From Squalus acanthias (taxonomy: Eukaryota), in contig JASTWF010000035.1 of the NCBI GenBank assembly GCA_030390025.1, forward strand, positions 1,054,001 to 1,118,000: a stretch of 64,000 nt of DNA. The letters run 5' to 3'. Of the stretch, positions 48,869 through 60,051 are shown piece by piece (within the stretch, counting starts at the first letter, position 1; each line of letters begins with the position of its first letter). A program made the translations under genes and the position numbers. The notes below the pieces were generated by a model. It worked only from the letters and a program-made list of their open reading frames with translations. It was not told the origin of the DNA and did not search any database.

Positions 48869-50189
48869 GCTTGGCAGCAAAATGGATTCACAGGTCTCTC
48901 CAGGCTGAGATTCAAGGCTGCAATGAGCAGGGTGTGGCTGGGGAGCAAGTGGCCCCCCCCGCTTTAAGAAGTGGCCGGCGCCAGTGTGTCTGTGTTCCCT
49001 CGCTAACTGGCAGCAGCTGTGCTGCGCTCGCGCGCTGAGTTAGCGCCTCACTCCTTGGCCTTTGCGCCTTAAGACAGGTGTGCAGCGCCTGCTTTAGCGC
49101 TCCACTCACCTCCCAGGGCGGTAAAAGTGAAGTTTCCTGTCAGTGCCGATAATTAGCGCCAGGCGCTAATATTTGCGTCCGGACGATATTTGCGCCCCAA
49201 ATGGGGCGCGACCTAATTTCTACCCCGTAGAATGTGGGCCATCAGGTCCTGGGGATTTGTCGGCTTTTAGTCGCATTAGTTTCTCAAGTACTTTTTCTGT
49301 ACTGATAGTAATTACTTTAAGTTCTCACTCTTATTAGCCCCTTGGTTCCCCACTATTTTTGGTGTGCTTTTTGCGTCTTCTACTGTGAAGACAGATACCA
49401 AATATTTGTTCAAAGTCTCTGCCATTTCCTTATTCCCCATTATAATTTCTTCTATCTCAGCCTCTAAGGGACCAATGCTTACTTTTGCTTCCCACTTCCT
49501 TTTTACATACTTGTAGAAGCTCTTACAATCTCTTTTTATAGTTTATGCTAGTTTACCCTCAAATTCTATTTTCTCCCTTTTTATCAATTTTTTGGTCATC
49601 CTTTGCTTGTTTCTAAAGCTTTCCCAATCCTCAGACTTATTACTATTCTTTGCAAAATTATAAGTCTCTTCTTTTAATCTAATACTATCCTTAACTTCTT
49701 TAGTTAGCCATGGATGGATCACTTTTCTTGTGGTGTTTTTATTTCTCAATGGAATGTATATTCATTGAAAATTTTGGAATATTTCTTTAAATGTTTGCCA
49801 CTGATCAGTGAGATTATGAGAGGGTGCAAATTTAAGATAATCACAAAATTAATGAAGGGGGAGGTTAGAAAGAATTTCTACTGTTGTTGAAACAGAGTCC
49901 ATAAATGCTTTTAAAAGGGAATTGGATAGTTGTTTGAATAGTGAAACTGAAAGCTGTGAGAATTCAATTTAAATCCTGCGAATGGATAAGAAACTGGCTG
50001 ATGGGTAGAAAACATTGCAGAGAACTTGAATTACTTTACAGCAGACTGGATCAAATTACACTTTGTATACAAAGGGTTGGGAGTGTATTGTCCTCCGTCT
50101 GTGGGAATAAGAATCTGCTCTTTCCACGACATGGTGGAATTGGACGCAGCCAACAATGAGTGTGTTTTGGAGGAGTTGTGTCAGGGTGG

Positions 50190-51700
50190 TATCATAGAAT
50201 CATAGAAAGTTACAGCACGGAAGGAGGCTATTTCGGCCCATTGTGTCTGCGCCGGCCAACAAAGAGCTATCCAGCCTTATCCCACTTCCCAGCTCTTGGT
50301 CCGTAGCTGTGCAGGTTAGAGCATCCCAAGTGCACATCCAAGTACTTTTTAAATGTGGTTAGGGTTCCTGCCTCTACCACCCTTTCAGGCAGTGAGTTCC
50401 AGACCCCCACAACCCTCTGGGTGAAGAAATTTCCCCTCAAATCCCCTCTAAACCTTCCCCCAATTACTTTAAATCTGTGCCCCCTGGTTTTTGACCCCTC
50501 TGCTAAGGGAAATAGGTCCTTTCTATCCACTTTATCTATGCCCCTCATAATTTTATACACCTCAATAAGGTCTCCCCTCAACCTCCTCTGTTCCACGGAA
50601 AACAGACCCATAGCTAAGATTCTCTACTCCCGGCAACATCCTTGTAAATCTCTTCGGTAGCCTCTCTAGTGCAATCACATCTTTCCTGTAATGTCGTGAC
50701 CGGAACTGCACGCAGCACTCTAGCTGAGGCCTAACTAGTGTTTTATACAGTTGAAGCATAACCCCCCTGCTCTTGTATTCTATGCCACGGCTAATAAAGG
50801 CAAGCATTCCGTATACCTTCTTAACCAACTTATCTACTTGGCCTGCTACCTTCAGGGATCTGTGGACATGCACTCCAAGGTCCCTTTGTTCCTCTACACT
50901 ACTCAGTGTCCTACCATTTAATGTGTATTCCCTTTCCTTGTTCGCCCTCCCCAAATGCATTACCTCACACTTCTCCGGATTGAATTCCATTTGCCTCTGT
51001 TCTGCCCACCTGACCAATTTATTGATATCTTCCTGCAGTCTACAGCTTCCTTCTTCAGTTTCAACCACACAGCCGATTTTAGTATCATCTACAAACTTCT
51101 TAATCATACTCCCTATATTCAAGTCAAGATCGTTGATGTATACCACAAAAAGCAAGAGACCTAGTACTGAGCCCTGCGGAACCCCACTGGAAACAGCCTT
51201 CCAGTCACAAAAACAGCCATCAACCATTACCCTCTGCTTCCTATCTCCGAGCCAGTTTTGAATCCAACTTGACACTTTGCCCTGGATCCCATGGGCTTTT
51301 AACTTCGTGACCAGTCTGCCATGTGGAACCTTATAAAAAGCCTTGCTACAGTCCATATACACTGCATCAAACGCACTACCCTCATCTACCCTCCTTGTTA
51401 CCTCCTCAAAAAATTAAATCAAGTTTGTCAGACACGACCTTCCCTTAACAAATCCGTGCTGACTATCCTTGATTAATCCGTGTCTTTCTAAATGAAGATT
51501 TATCCTGTCCTTCAGAATTCTTTCCAATAATTTTCCCACCACCGAGGTTAGGCTGACTGGCCTGTAATTACTCGGTCTATCCTTTTCTCCCTTTTTAAAC
51601 AAGGGTACCACATTAGCAGTCCTCCAGTCCTCCGGCACCACACCTGAAACCAGAGAGGATTGAAAAATGATGGTCAGGGCCTCTGCTATTTCCTTTTTTG
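50190..51700 (-). mobile_element. 5'-truncated degraded CR1
   Basis: RT ORF pieces 51414-51761, 50562-51362 and 50267-50611; tail (TTCTATGA)n. Confidence 0.93.
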
Positions 51701-51707
51701 ACTCTAT

Positions 51708-52604
51708 GGGGGAGAAATTCAGTATCGCCCCGTTTGGGGCGCAATTATCGGCCGGGCGCAAAGATTAGCGCCTGGCGCTAATTATCGCCACTGACTGCAA
51801 ACTTGACTTTTATCGCCCCTGGAGGTGATTGGAGCGCTAAATCAGGCGCTTCACACCTGTCTTAAGGCGCAAAGGCTGAGGAGCGAGGCGCTGACTCAGA
51901 GCGCTGGCGAAGCTCATGTGATGTCAGTCAGCAATGGAACACACACACAATGGCACCGGCCAGTTCTTAAAGGGGATGGTTGATCTTGCTTTCCATCCAC
52001 ATCCTGCTCATTGCAGCCTTGAATCCCGGCCTGGAGAGACCTGCACATCAAATCTGCTGGAAAGAACAATGGAGAGTACCAGGGAAAGAGCTTAGAGTGC
52101 AGCCCCCACAGTCTCTTCTAAATCGATACAAGGAAGGTCAAATCAAAATGAACCTGCAAAGTGCTGCTCAGTACCCAAAACTCCTTCACACAGCGTTGAA
52201 TCTCTCCAGAAGTCACTCTCTCTCTCTCTCTCTCAGAATGCGTGGTTCAAAAATGGCACCAACAATAAAAGAAAGGAAGCGGTCGCCTTTAAATAGCGAT
52301 CCCCCTTTCCCTTCATGACTTCAAAACGCTCCCCTCAACCTGTCGTTGCTAGCGTCAGGCGGTAAGGCAGGGGGCGCCACTCAATATCTGCTCCAGGACG
52401 ATACCGGGGTGTTGCGCACTCGACTGACGTCACGATCTGCCGGCGCAGGAGATCGTGGCGGTGGTGTTTAGCGCCGCCGCAAAATGTCTAGTTAATTTCG
52501 CGAGCGGCGCAAACATCGCTGCGCCTGGGCGCTAGCTGCTTTGCGCCCCATTAGCGCCCTCTTAAGGCGCTAACGGGAGGCGCAACCAACTGAATTTTTC
52601 CCCC
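51708..52604 (-). mobile_element. Complete Harbinger MITE, 897 bp
   Basis: TIRs GGGGGAGAAATTC / GAATTTTTCCCCC; TSD TAT. Confidence 0.95.
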
Positions 52605-52617
52605 TATGACTCTAAAT

Positions 52618-52912
52618 CTCCCTCTACACTGTCCCATCAAACACTCCCACGGCAGGTACAGCACGGGTTAGATACAGAGTAATGCTCCCTCTACACTGTC
52701 CCATCAAACACTCCCAGGGCAGGTACAGCACGGGTTAGATAGAGTAAAGCTCCCCCTACACTGTCCCATCAAACACTCCCATGGCAGGTACAGCACGGGT
52801 TAGACACAGAGTAAAGCTCCCTCTACACTGTCTCTTCAAACACTCCCAGGGCAGGTATAGCACGGGTTAGATAGAGTAAAGCTCCCCCTACACTGTCCCA
52901 TCAAACACTCTC
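52618..52912 (-). repeat. 67-bp tandem repeat, about 4.4 units (reverse complement of 60052-60797)
   Basis: CTCTACACTGTCCCATCAAACACTCCCAGGGCAGGTACAGCACGGGTTAGATACAGAGTAAAGCTCC. Confidence 0.95.
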
Positions 52913-52914
52913 CT

Positions 52915-55900
52915 AATGTGTGAAAATGGCGTCCGCAATGCACGCGCACACTACCGAGGTTAACTGCGCCGGATGCCACCTTGGTAAAGAGGTTTGCGTG
53001 CACGCATCTAATAACTGCCGGCAGCATGCAGAGCAGGCAGATCACGACGTCAATCAGTTGCAATGCTGATTTGATGCCAGCGCTGTCATTTTCGAACACC
53101 ACACTCCAGCCTAAGCCCTCTCAACCTCGCACAGCTGAACGCACGTTCAACCAGCGCTATTTAAAGGGTTCATGAACAACTTACAGGTTAGTTGCTGGAT
53201 TATTTCTTCTGGCTCCTGGTGCAATTTTACGCATTTTTGGAGATATCCTATACATGCCTAAAGTTTGAACAGTCGACAGAGCGTGGTCTGTCTGGTGCTG
53301 AAGTACTTTTTTGTTGGTTTAAAAGCTTGTGCTGAAACAAGTTGCTTCCAGACATGGGTGGCCTGGTTGGGGTTCCTCTGGGAATTGAGCATGACTGGGA
53401 GAATGAAGAGAGGCCACTCGGAGCAGAACAAGCTGTTAGAAGAGGGAGAAAGAGGGGGAGAAGGGCTCCCAGCAGGAGGTTATATCCGCCCAGGGTCTTT
53501 AGAGAGGAATTCTCTTACATAAGAACAGAAGAACATAAGAAATAGGAGCAGGAGTAGGCCAATTGGCCCCTCGAGCCTGTTCCGCCAATCAATAAGATCA
53601 TGGCTGATCTGATCCTAACCGCCAATCTACTATCACAGAACCATCTCCTGAACCTAACAGAATTGGACACACGAAATAGAGCAGAATCAGGCTACATGGC
53701 CCCTGGGCCCGCTACGCTACCCACAGGGCCATGACCGATCCGAACCTAGACTCATGTCCAAATTCCTGCCCGCTCCCCGTAACCCTTAATTCCCTTTACT
53801 TCTCGGAAACTGTCTATTTCTGTTTTAAATTTATGTAATGATGTAGCTTCTACAGCTTTTTGGGGCAGCATATTCCATGGACCTACCACCCTCTGAGTGA
53901 AATAGTTCCTTCTCATCTCAGTTTTGAAAGAGCAGCCCCTTATTCTAAGACTATGCCCCCTAGTTCTAGTTTCACCCATCATCGGGAACATCCTCCCCGC
54001 ATCCACCCGATCCAACCCCTTCACAATCTTATATGTTTCAATAAGATCGCCTCTCATTCTTCTGAACTCCAATGAGTAGAGTCCCAATCTACCCAACCTC
54101 TCCTCATATGTCCATCCCCTCATCCCCGGGATTAACCGAGTGAACCTTCTTTGTACTGACTCGATAGCAAGTATGTCTTTTCTTAAGTATGGACACCAAA
54201 ACTGTATGCAGTATTCCAGGTGCGGTCTCACCAATACCTTGTACAACTGAAGCAATACCTCCCTATTTTTATATTCTATCCCCTTAGCAATGAAAGCCAA
54301 CATTCCATTGGCCTTCTTAATCACTTGCTGCACCTGCATACTAACCTTTTGAGTTTCGTGCACCAGGACCCCCAGATCCCTTTGTACGTCAGTACTTTCC
54401 AGTTTCTTGCCATTAAGATAATAACTTGCTCTACTATTTTTCCTGCCAAAGTGCATAACCTCACACTTTCCAGTATTGTATTCCATCTGCCAAATCTCTG
54501 CCCACTTACTTAGCCTGTCTATGTCCCCTTGCAGATTTTTTATGTCCTCCTCACTCACTACTTTCCCTCCCATCTTAGTATCATCTGCAAACTTTGATAT
54601 GTTACACTCGGTCCCCTCCTCCAAATCGTTAATATAGATTGTAAAGAGTTGGGGACCCAGCACCGACCCCTACGGAACACCACTAGTTACTGATTGCCAG
54701 TCTGAGAATGAACCATTTATCCCAACTCTCTGCCTTCTGTTAGATAGCCAATCCTCTATCCATGCCAGAATATTACCCCCAATCCCGTGATTTTTTATCT
54801 TAAGCAATAATCTTTTGTGTGGCACCTTGTCAAATGCCTTTTGGAAGTCTAAATACACCACATCCACTGGTTCCCCTTTATCCACCCTGTGTGTTACTTC
54901 CTCAAAGAACTCCAGCAAATTTGTCAAACATGACTTCCCCTTCATAAAACCATGCTGACTTTGTCCTATTAAATTATGATTATCCAAATGTCCCGTTACT
55001 GTCTCCTTAATAATGGACTCCAAAATTTTACCTGCCACAGATGTTAGGCTAACCGGTCTATAGTTTCCAGCCTTCTGTCTACTGCCCTTTTTAAATAAGG
55101 GTGTTACATTAGCAGTTTTCCAGTCTGCCGGGATCTTTGCTGAGTCCAGGGAGTTTTGGAAAATTATTACCAATGCATCCACAATCCCTACCGCCACTTC
55201 CCTCAAGACCCTAGGATGTAAGCCATCAGGTCCAGGTGATTTATCCGCCTTGAGTCCCATTATTTTACTGAGTACCACTTCCTTAGTGATTTTAATCGTG
55301 TTTAGCTCCTCCCCCCCTATAGCCCCCTGTTTGTCCAGTGTTGGGATATTCTTAGTGTCCTCTACTGTAAAGACTGATACAAAATATTCATTCAGTGTAT
55401 TTGCCATCTCCATATTTCCCACCATTAATTTCCCGGTCTCATCCTCTAAGGGACCAACATTTACTTTAGCCACCCTTTTTCTTTTTATATAACTATAAAA
55501 ACTCTTACTATCTGTTTTTATATTTTTTGCTAATTTACTTTCATAATCTATCTTCCCTTTCTTAATCAATCTTTTTGTTATTTTTTGCTGTCTTTTAAAG
55601 TTTTCCCAATCCTCTATCCTCCCACTAGATTTTGCTACCTTATAAGCCCTTGTTTTTAGTCGAATATTATCCTTAATTTCTTTACTTAGCCATGGATGAC
55701 TGTCTTTTCTTTTACACCCTTTTCTTCTCAGTGGAATATATATTTTTTGGAAGTTGTAAAATAACTCCTTAAATGTACACCACTGATCATGTATCGTCTT
55801 ACCCTTTAATCTATTTTCCCAATCCACTCTACTCAATTCTGCTCACATACCTTCATAGTCTCCTTTATTCAAGCTTAGCACGCTTGTTTGAGATCCAACC

Positions 55901-57632
55901 TTCTCACCCTCTAATTGAATATGGAATTCAACCATGTTATGGTCACTCATTCCAAGGGGATCCTTTACTAAGACATTTTTAATTAATCCTGTCTCGTTAC
56001 ACAGGACCAGATCTAAGGTTGCTTGCCCCCTGGTCGGTTCAGTTACATACTGCTCAAGAAACCCATCCCTAATACACTCAATGAACTCATCTTCAAGGCA
56101 GCCCTGCCCAATTTGATTTGTCCAATTAATATGATAGTTAAAGTCCCCCATAATTAAAGATGTTCCCTTATTACAAGCCTCAACTATTTCCTGATTGATA
56201 CTCCGGCCAACAGAGTTGCAACTGTTCGGAGGCCTATAGACTACGTCCACTAGTGTTTTTTTCCCCTTATTATTCCTTATCTCCACCCAAAGTGTTTCAT
56301 TATCCTGATCTTTTGACCCAATATAATTTATCTGTATTACAGTGATTCCTTCCTTTATTAACATAGCCACCCCACCTCCCCTTCCTTCCTACCTGTCCTT
56401 CCTGATCGTTAAATAACCTGGTATGTTTAATTCCCAGGCATTGTCACCCTGCAGCCATGTTTCTGTAATGGCCACAAGATCATACCCATATGTAGTTATT
56501 TGTGCCATTAACTCATCTATTTTGTTACGAATGCTACGTGCATTCAGATAGAGAACTTTCAAATATGTTTTGTTACACTTAGTTCCTGCTTTTGCCCTTT
56601 TTATTACTTTACCTTTTACTCCATACCTTCTGTCCCTTCCTGACACACTCTGGTTTTTAATTTCCCCACTGCTACCTAAGTCTATGACCTTCTCTGTTGT
56701 CATTTTTATTATTTGCTCTCTAGGAACCTCCCCCCCACTAGTTAGTTTAAAGCCCTCTCTACAGCCCTAGTTATATGATCCGCCAGGACTCTAGGCCCAG
56801 CACTGGCCAAGTGAAGCCTGTCCCAACGGAACAGCTCCCTCCTGCCCCAGTACTGGTGCCAGTGTCCCAGGAAGCAAAACCCATTTCTCCCACACCAGTC
56901 TTTGAGCCACTCATTTAACTCTCTAATTTTATTTGTCCTAGCCAAATTCGCTCGTGGCTCAGGTAATAATCCAGAGATTAATACCCTTGAGGTTCTGTTT
57001 TTTAATTTGACCCCTAGCTGCTCATACTCCTTTAACAGAACCTGCTTCCTTGTCCTATCTACGTCGTTTGTACCAACATGGACCACGACAACTGGATCCA
57101 CCCCCTCCCACTGCAAGTTTCTTTCCAGCCCAGAGGAGATGTCCTTAATCCTGGCACCGGGCAGGCAACACAGCCTACGGGACTCTCGCTCTCGGCTGCA
57201 GAGAACTCTATCTATCCCCCTAATAATACTATCCCCTACCACTACAACATTTCTATTTACTCCCCCCTCTTGAATGGCCCCCCGTTCCACGGTGCTGTGG
57301 CCAGGTTGCTCATCCTCCCTGCAGTCCCTGCTCCCGTCTTACCACAACTTCAGCAACGACCAATGCTTGAGACGTCTTCACTTCACAAAAGACATCGTGA
57401 CTAAAATCTGCCAACTGTTGCAGCCACAACTGCAACCTCAAAGCAGGACAAGGACAGCATTGGCTGTGGCTGTCAAGGTGACCGTGGCTCTTAACTTTTA
57501 TGCATCTGGCTCCTTCCAGGCTGCTATTGGAGATATAAGCAACATCTCGCAGTTTGCAGTACACTGCTGCATAAGGGAGTTCACTGATGCTCTCTATAGA
57601 CAGAGAGACAGCTTTATCTTATTCCCTCTTGC
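52915..57632 (+). pseudogene. Third-family Harbinger 5' region and transposase N-terminus (53354-53518 plus 57343-57632) split by a CR1
   Basis: ...RRLYPPRVFREEFSY joins HNFSNDQCLRRLHFTK...VAVKVTVALNFYASGSFQ, colinear with the other transposases; TSD TCTTAC (53513-53518, 57337-57342). Confidence 0.9.
53519..57336 (-). mobile_element. CR1 with partial ORF1 (SGNH, 56742-57290), disrupted ORF2 and doubled 3' tail
   Basis: ORF2 pieces 56389-56703, 55843-56370, 54670-55836 and 53752-54663; same subfamily as 26395-29290. Confidence 0.95.
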
Positions 57633-58560
57633 CAGTTGTTGAATTTACTATGGTGGGGTTTGAACTCATAGGGGGAAAAATTCAGTTGCTTTGCGCCTCC
57701 CGTTAGTGCCCTAAGAGGGCGCTAATGAGGCGCAAAGCAACTAGTGCCCAGGCGCGGCGATGTTTGCGCCGCTCGCGAAATTGACCAGACATTTTGCGGC
57801 AGCGCTAAACACTACCGCCACGATCTCCTGCGCCCGCAGATTGTGACGTCAGTTGAGCGTGCAACACCCCGGTAGCGCCCCAGACCGGATATTGAGTGGC
57901 ACTCCCTACCTTTCCACTTGCCGCTAGCAACGACAGGTTGAGGGGAACGTTTTGCAGTCGGGAAGGGACTGGGGGAGCGCTATTTAAAGGCGGCCGCTTC
58001 CTGCCTTTTTTTGTTGGCGAAATTTTTGCACCATGCATTCTGAGAGAGAGAGACAGACTTCTGGAGAGATTCAATGCTGTGTGAAGGAGTTTTGGGTACT
58101 GAGCAGCACTTTGCAGGTTCATTTTGATTTGACCTTCCTTGCATTGATTTAGAAGAGACTGTGGGGGCTGCACTCTGAGCTCTTTCCCTGGGCCTCTCCA
58201 TTGTTCTTTCTAGCAGAATTGATGTACAGGTCTCTCCAGGCCGAGATTCAAGGCTGCAATGAGCAAGATGTGGATGGAGAGCAAGATCGACCCTCCCCTT
58301 TAAGAACTGGCCGGCGCCATTGTGTCTGTGTTCCATTGCTGACTGACATCACATGAGCTTCGCCAGTGCTCTGAGTAAGCTCCAGTCACCTCCAGGGGCG
58401 ATAGAAGCCAAGTTTGCAGTCGGAGGCGATAATTAGCGCCAGATGCTAAACTTTGCGGCCGGCGGATAATTGCGCCCCAAATGGGGCGATACCGAATTTC
58501 TCCCCCATAACCTCTGGATTGCTAGTCCAGTACCATAACCACCAGGCTACCGTACCCCTA
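57633..58560 (-). mobile_element. tRNA-derived SINE head split by a MITE
   Basis: Reconstructed minus strand GGGTACGGTAGCCTGGTGGTTATGGTACTGGACTAGCAATCCAGAGGTTATGAGTTCAAACCCC has A and B boxes. Confidence 0.7.
57671..58506 (+). mobile_element. Complete Harbinger MITE, 836 bp
   Basis: TIRs GGGGGAAAAATTC / GAATTTCTCCCCC; TSD ATA; same family as 51708-52604, opposite orientation. Confidence 0.95.
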
Positions 58561-58754
58561 TTCTGATGGAGGGGAGGGGAGGAGAAGGGAAGGGAAGGGG
58601 AAAATGAAATAAAATAATTGTAACCAATGATAAGATAGAAATAGGGAGAGAGAGCAAGGGATGATGAAAGAGACATAGCGATTGAGAAAACTATGAGAAT
58701 TACCAGGTGCTGCAGGACTTGTGATGCTGTCTTGTGTTGTGCTCAGGTCACTAA

Positions 58755-58972
58755 CAGTGATTAGGATTTGTAATGCACTACCTGATAGGGTGGTGGAAAC
58801 AGATTCAATAGTTGCTTTCAAAAGAGAATTGGATAAATATGTGAAGGAGAAAAAATTGCAGGAACATGGGGAAAAAGGGTTAATTGGGACTAACTGGATT
58901 GTTCTTCTAAAGAGTTGGCGCAGACTTAATGGGCCGAATGGTGACCTTCTGTGCTGTACTATTCTATGATTC
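58755..58972 (+). mobile_element. CR1 3' end fragment
   Basis: VIRICNALPDRVVE...FKRELD remnant and tail. Confidence 0.8.
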
Positions 58973-59074
58973 TCTGGTCAGTACAGGAGACAGCTACCTC
59001 TTCAGTAGAATTCTGTAGCGATCCTAAAGGTATATTTATTGATTCATACAGCCATTTGTTCCTCAAAAGAATTA

Positions 59075-59740
59075 GGGGGCGAAATTCAGCTCCTTTGCGC
59101 CTGCCGTTAGTGCCTCTGGGGTTATTGCCCGGGACGGGCGAAAAAAGCGCCTCCCGCAAAATTCGGCAGGGCGTTGCTGAGGCGCTACCCGATAGCGCCA
59201 CGCCCCCGCCGGTAGCGCCCCAGGCCACCGCGCCTCCGGCGATGATATCATTGGCGTGCGCGGCAGAAATTCGGCTGTGCTCCGCGAGGCTGCCACAGGC
59301 GATGTCAGCGCCAGCCTCGCTGATCGCGAGCCGGGCCGACCTCCGCTCGCGGGGCGGTAGTTAAAGGAGATGCGGCCGTGACCCGCGCCTCCATTTTATT
59401 TTTTTTTGGCCGAGCTCCATGTCGGCCCTCCGTGGTGATGGCACCAGGCTGCCCTGATGGCCTAGTGTGGGCCATCGGAGGCCCTGCAGAGTGCGCAGCA
59501 GCCCTCCCCTTTAACTGAAGGGGAGGGGCATTGATAGGCGGCAGCGTTGCCAATCGCGCCCTGACATAGCCTCGGTTACCACCCCACCAGGAAGTGGAGC
59601 ACCCGAGATTGTGCTCCACATCCTGGCCGGGGTGATAAGAGGAATTTCCCCCCCGGGGCGGGACTTCCTCGCCGGACGCAGAATGTCCCGCCTCGCCAGC
59701 GTTACCGACCCGAAACGGAGCGCCACTGAATTTCACTCCC
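59075..59740. mobile_element. GC-rich Harbinger-type MITE of a different family, 666 bp
   Basis: TIRs GGGGGCGAAATTCA / TGAATTTCACTCCC; flanks TTA / TTT; subterminal GCGCC motifs. Confidence 0.75.
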
Positions 59741-59821
59741 TTTCTGTCTTGCGAGATGGTATTGGGGCTTCAATGAACAAATCGCAGTCTACTAATGAGT
59801 GCTTCTTTGTGCCCTGCTCAG

Positions 59822-59898
59822 AGGAGCTATACAAACCACGTCAGCATCTCGGTGGAGCTGGATGGGGAGGACTTAACGCTGGATCTCAGGAGAAATAA
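59822..59898 (+). CDS. ADAM-family prodomain exon 3 (phase 0 to 2): RSYTNHVSISVELDGEDLTLDLRRN
   Basis: Branch point ACTAAT (59791), pyrimidine tract, CAG| acceptor, AA|GTGAGT donor; 77 nt; G...L.L..N prodomain motif (compare ADAM15 KLELDGDSHILELLQNR, recalled). Confidence 0.9.
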
Positions 59899-60051
59899 GT
59901 GAGTAAATCTTGCTTCATATAAAGAGGAATAAGGCTCTATCACTAATCACCTGAGCTTGTGTTAAAGGTCACACTGTCCTGTAGTTGGATGGTCAATGAG
60001 CAGTTACATTTAAATATTAAATGAAGGGGCATCCTGTCAAAAATGTTCACA

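Larger units (their letters stand above)
44967..49226 (+). mobile_element. Full-length PIF/Harbinger transposon, copy 2 (young)
   Basis: TIRs GGGGTAAAAATT / AATTTCTACCCC; flanks CTA and GTA; CpG-rich subterminal regions; convergent two-gene layout. Confidence 0.96.
35245..49805 (-). mobile_element. Single old CR1 broken into five pieces (35245-35524, 39687-39924, 40548-41070, 44464-44966, 49227-49805)
   Basis: CR1 sequence resumes colinearly after each insertion, with TSDs TAT, CTTTCTCAGATAA, TGAAA and CTA/GTA. Confidence 0.85.

Noticed and set aside
48125..48880. 251-aa single-exon Myb protein with 18-aa repeats
   Set aside because: Read-through of intron 1; the donor at 48632 is conserved with copy 1, where the equivalent read-through stops at 39020.
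49941..50170. Possible additional host exon in semi-unique sequence
   Set aside because: No convincing acceptor/donor pair or ADAM similarity; partly CR1 remnant; exons 2 and 3 already join in phase.
58507..58560. tRNA gene
   Set aside because: A/B boxes belong to a SINE head interrupted by a MITE; no complete cloverleaf.
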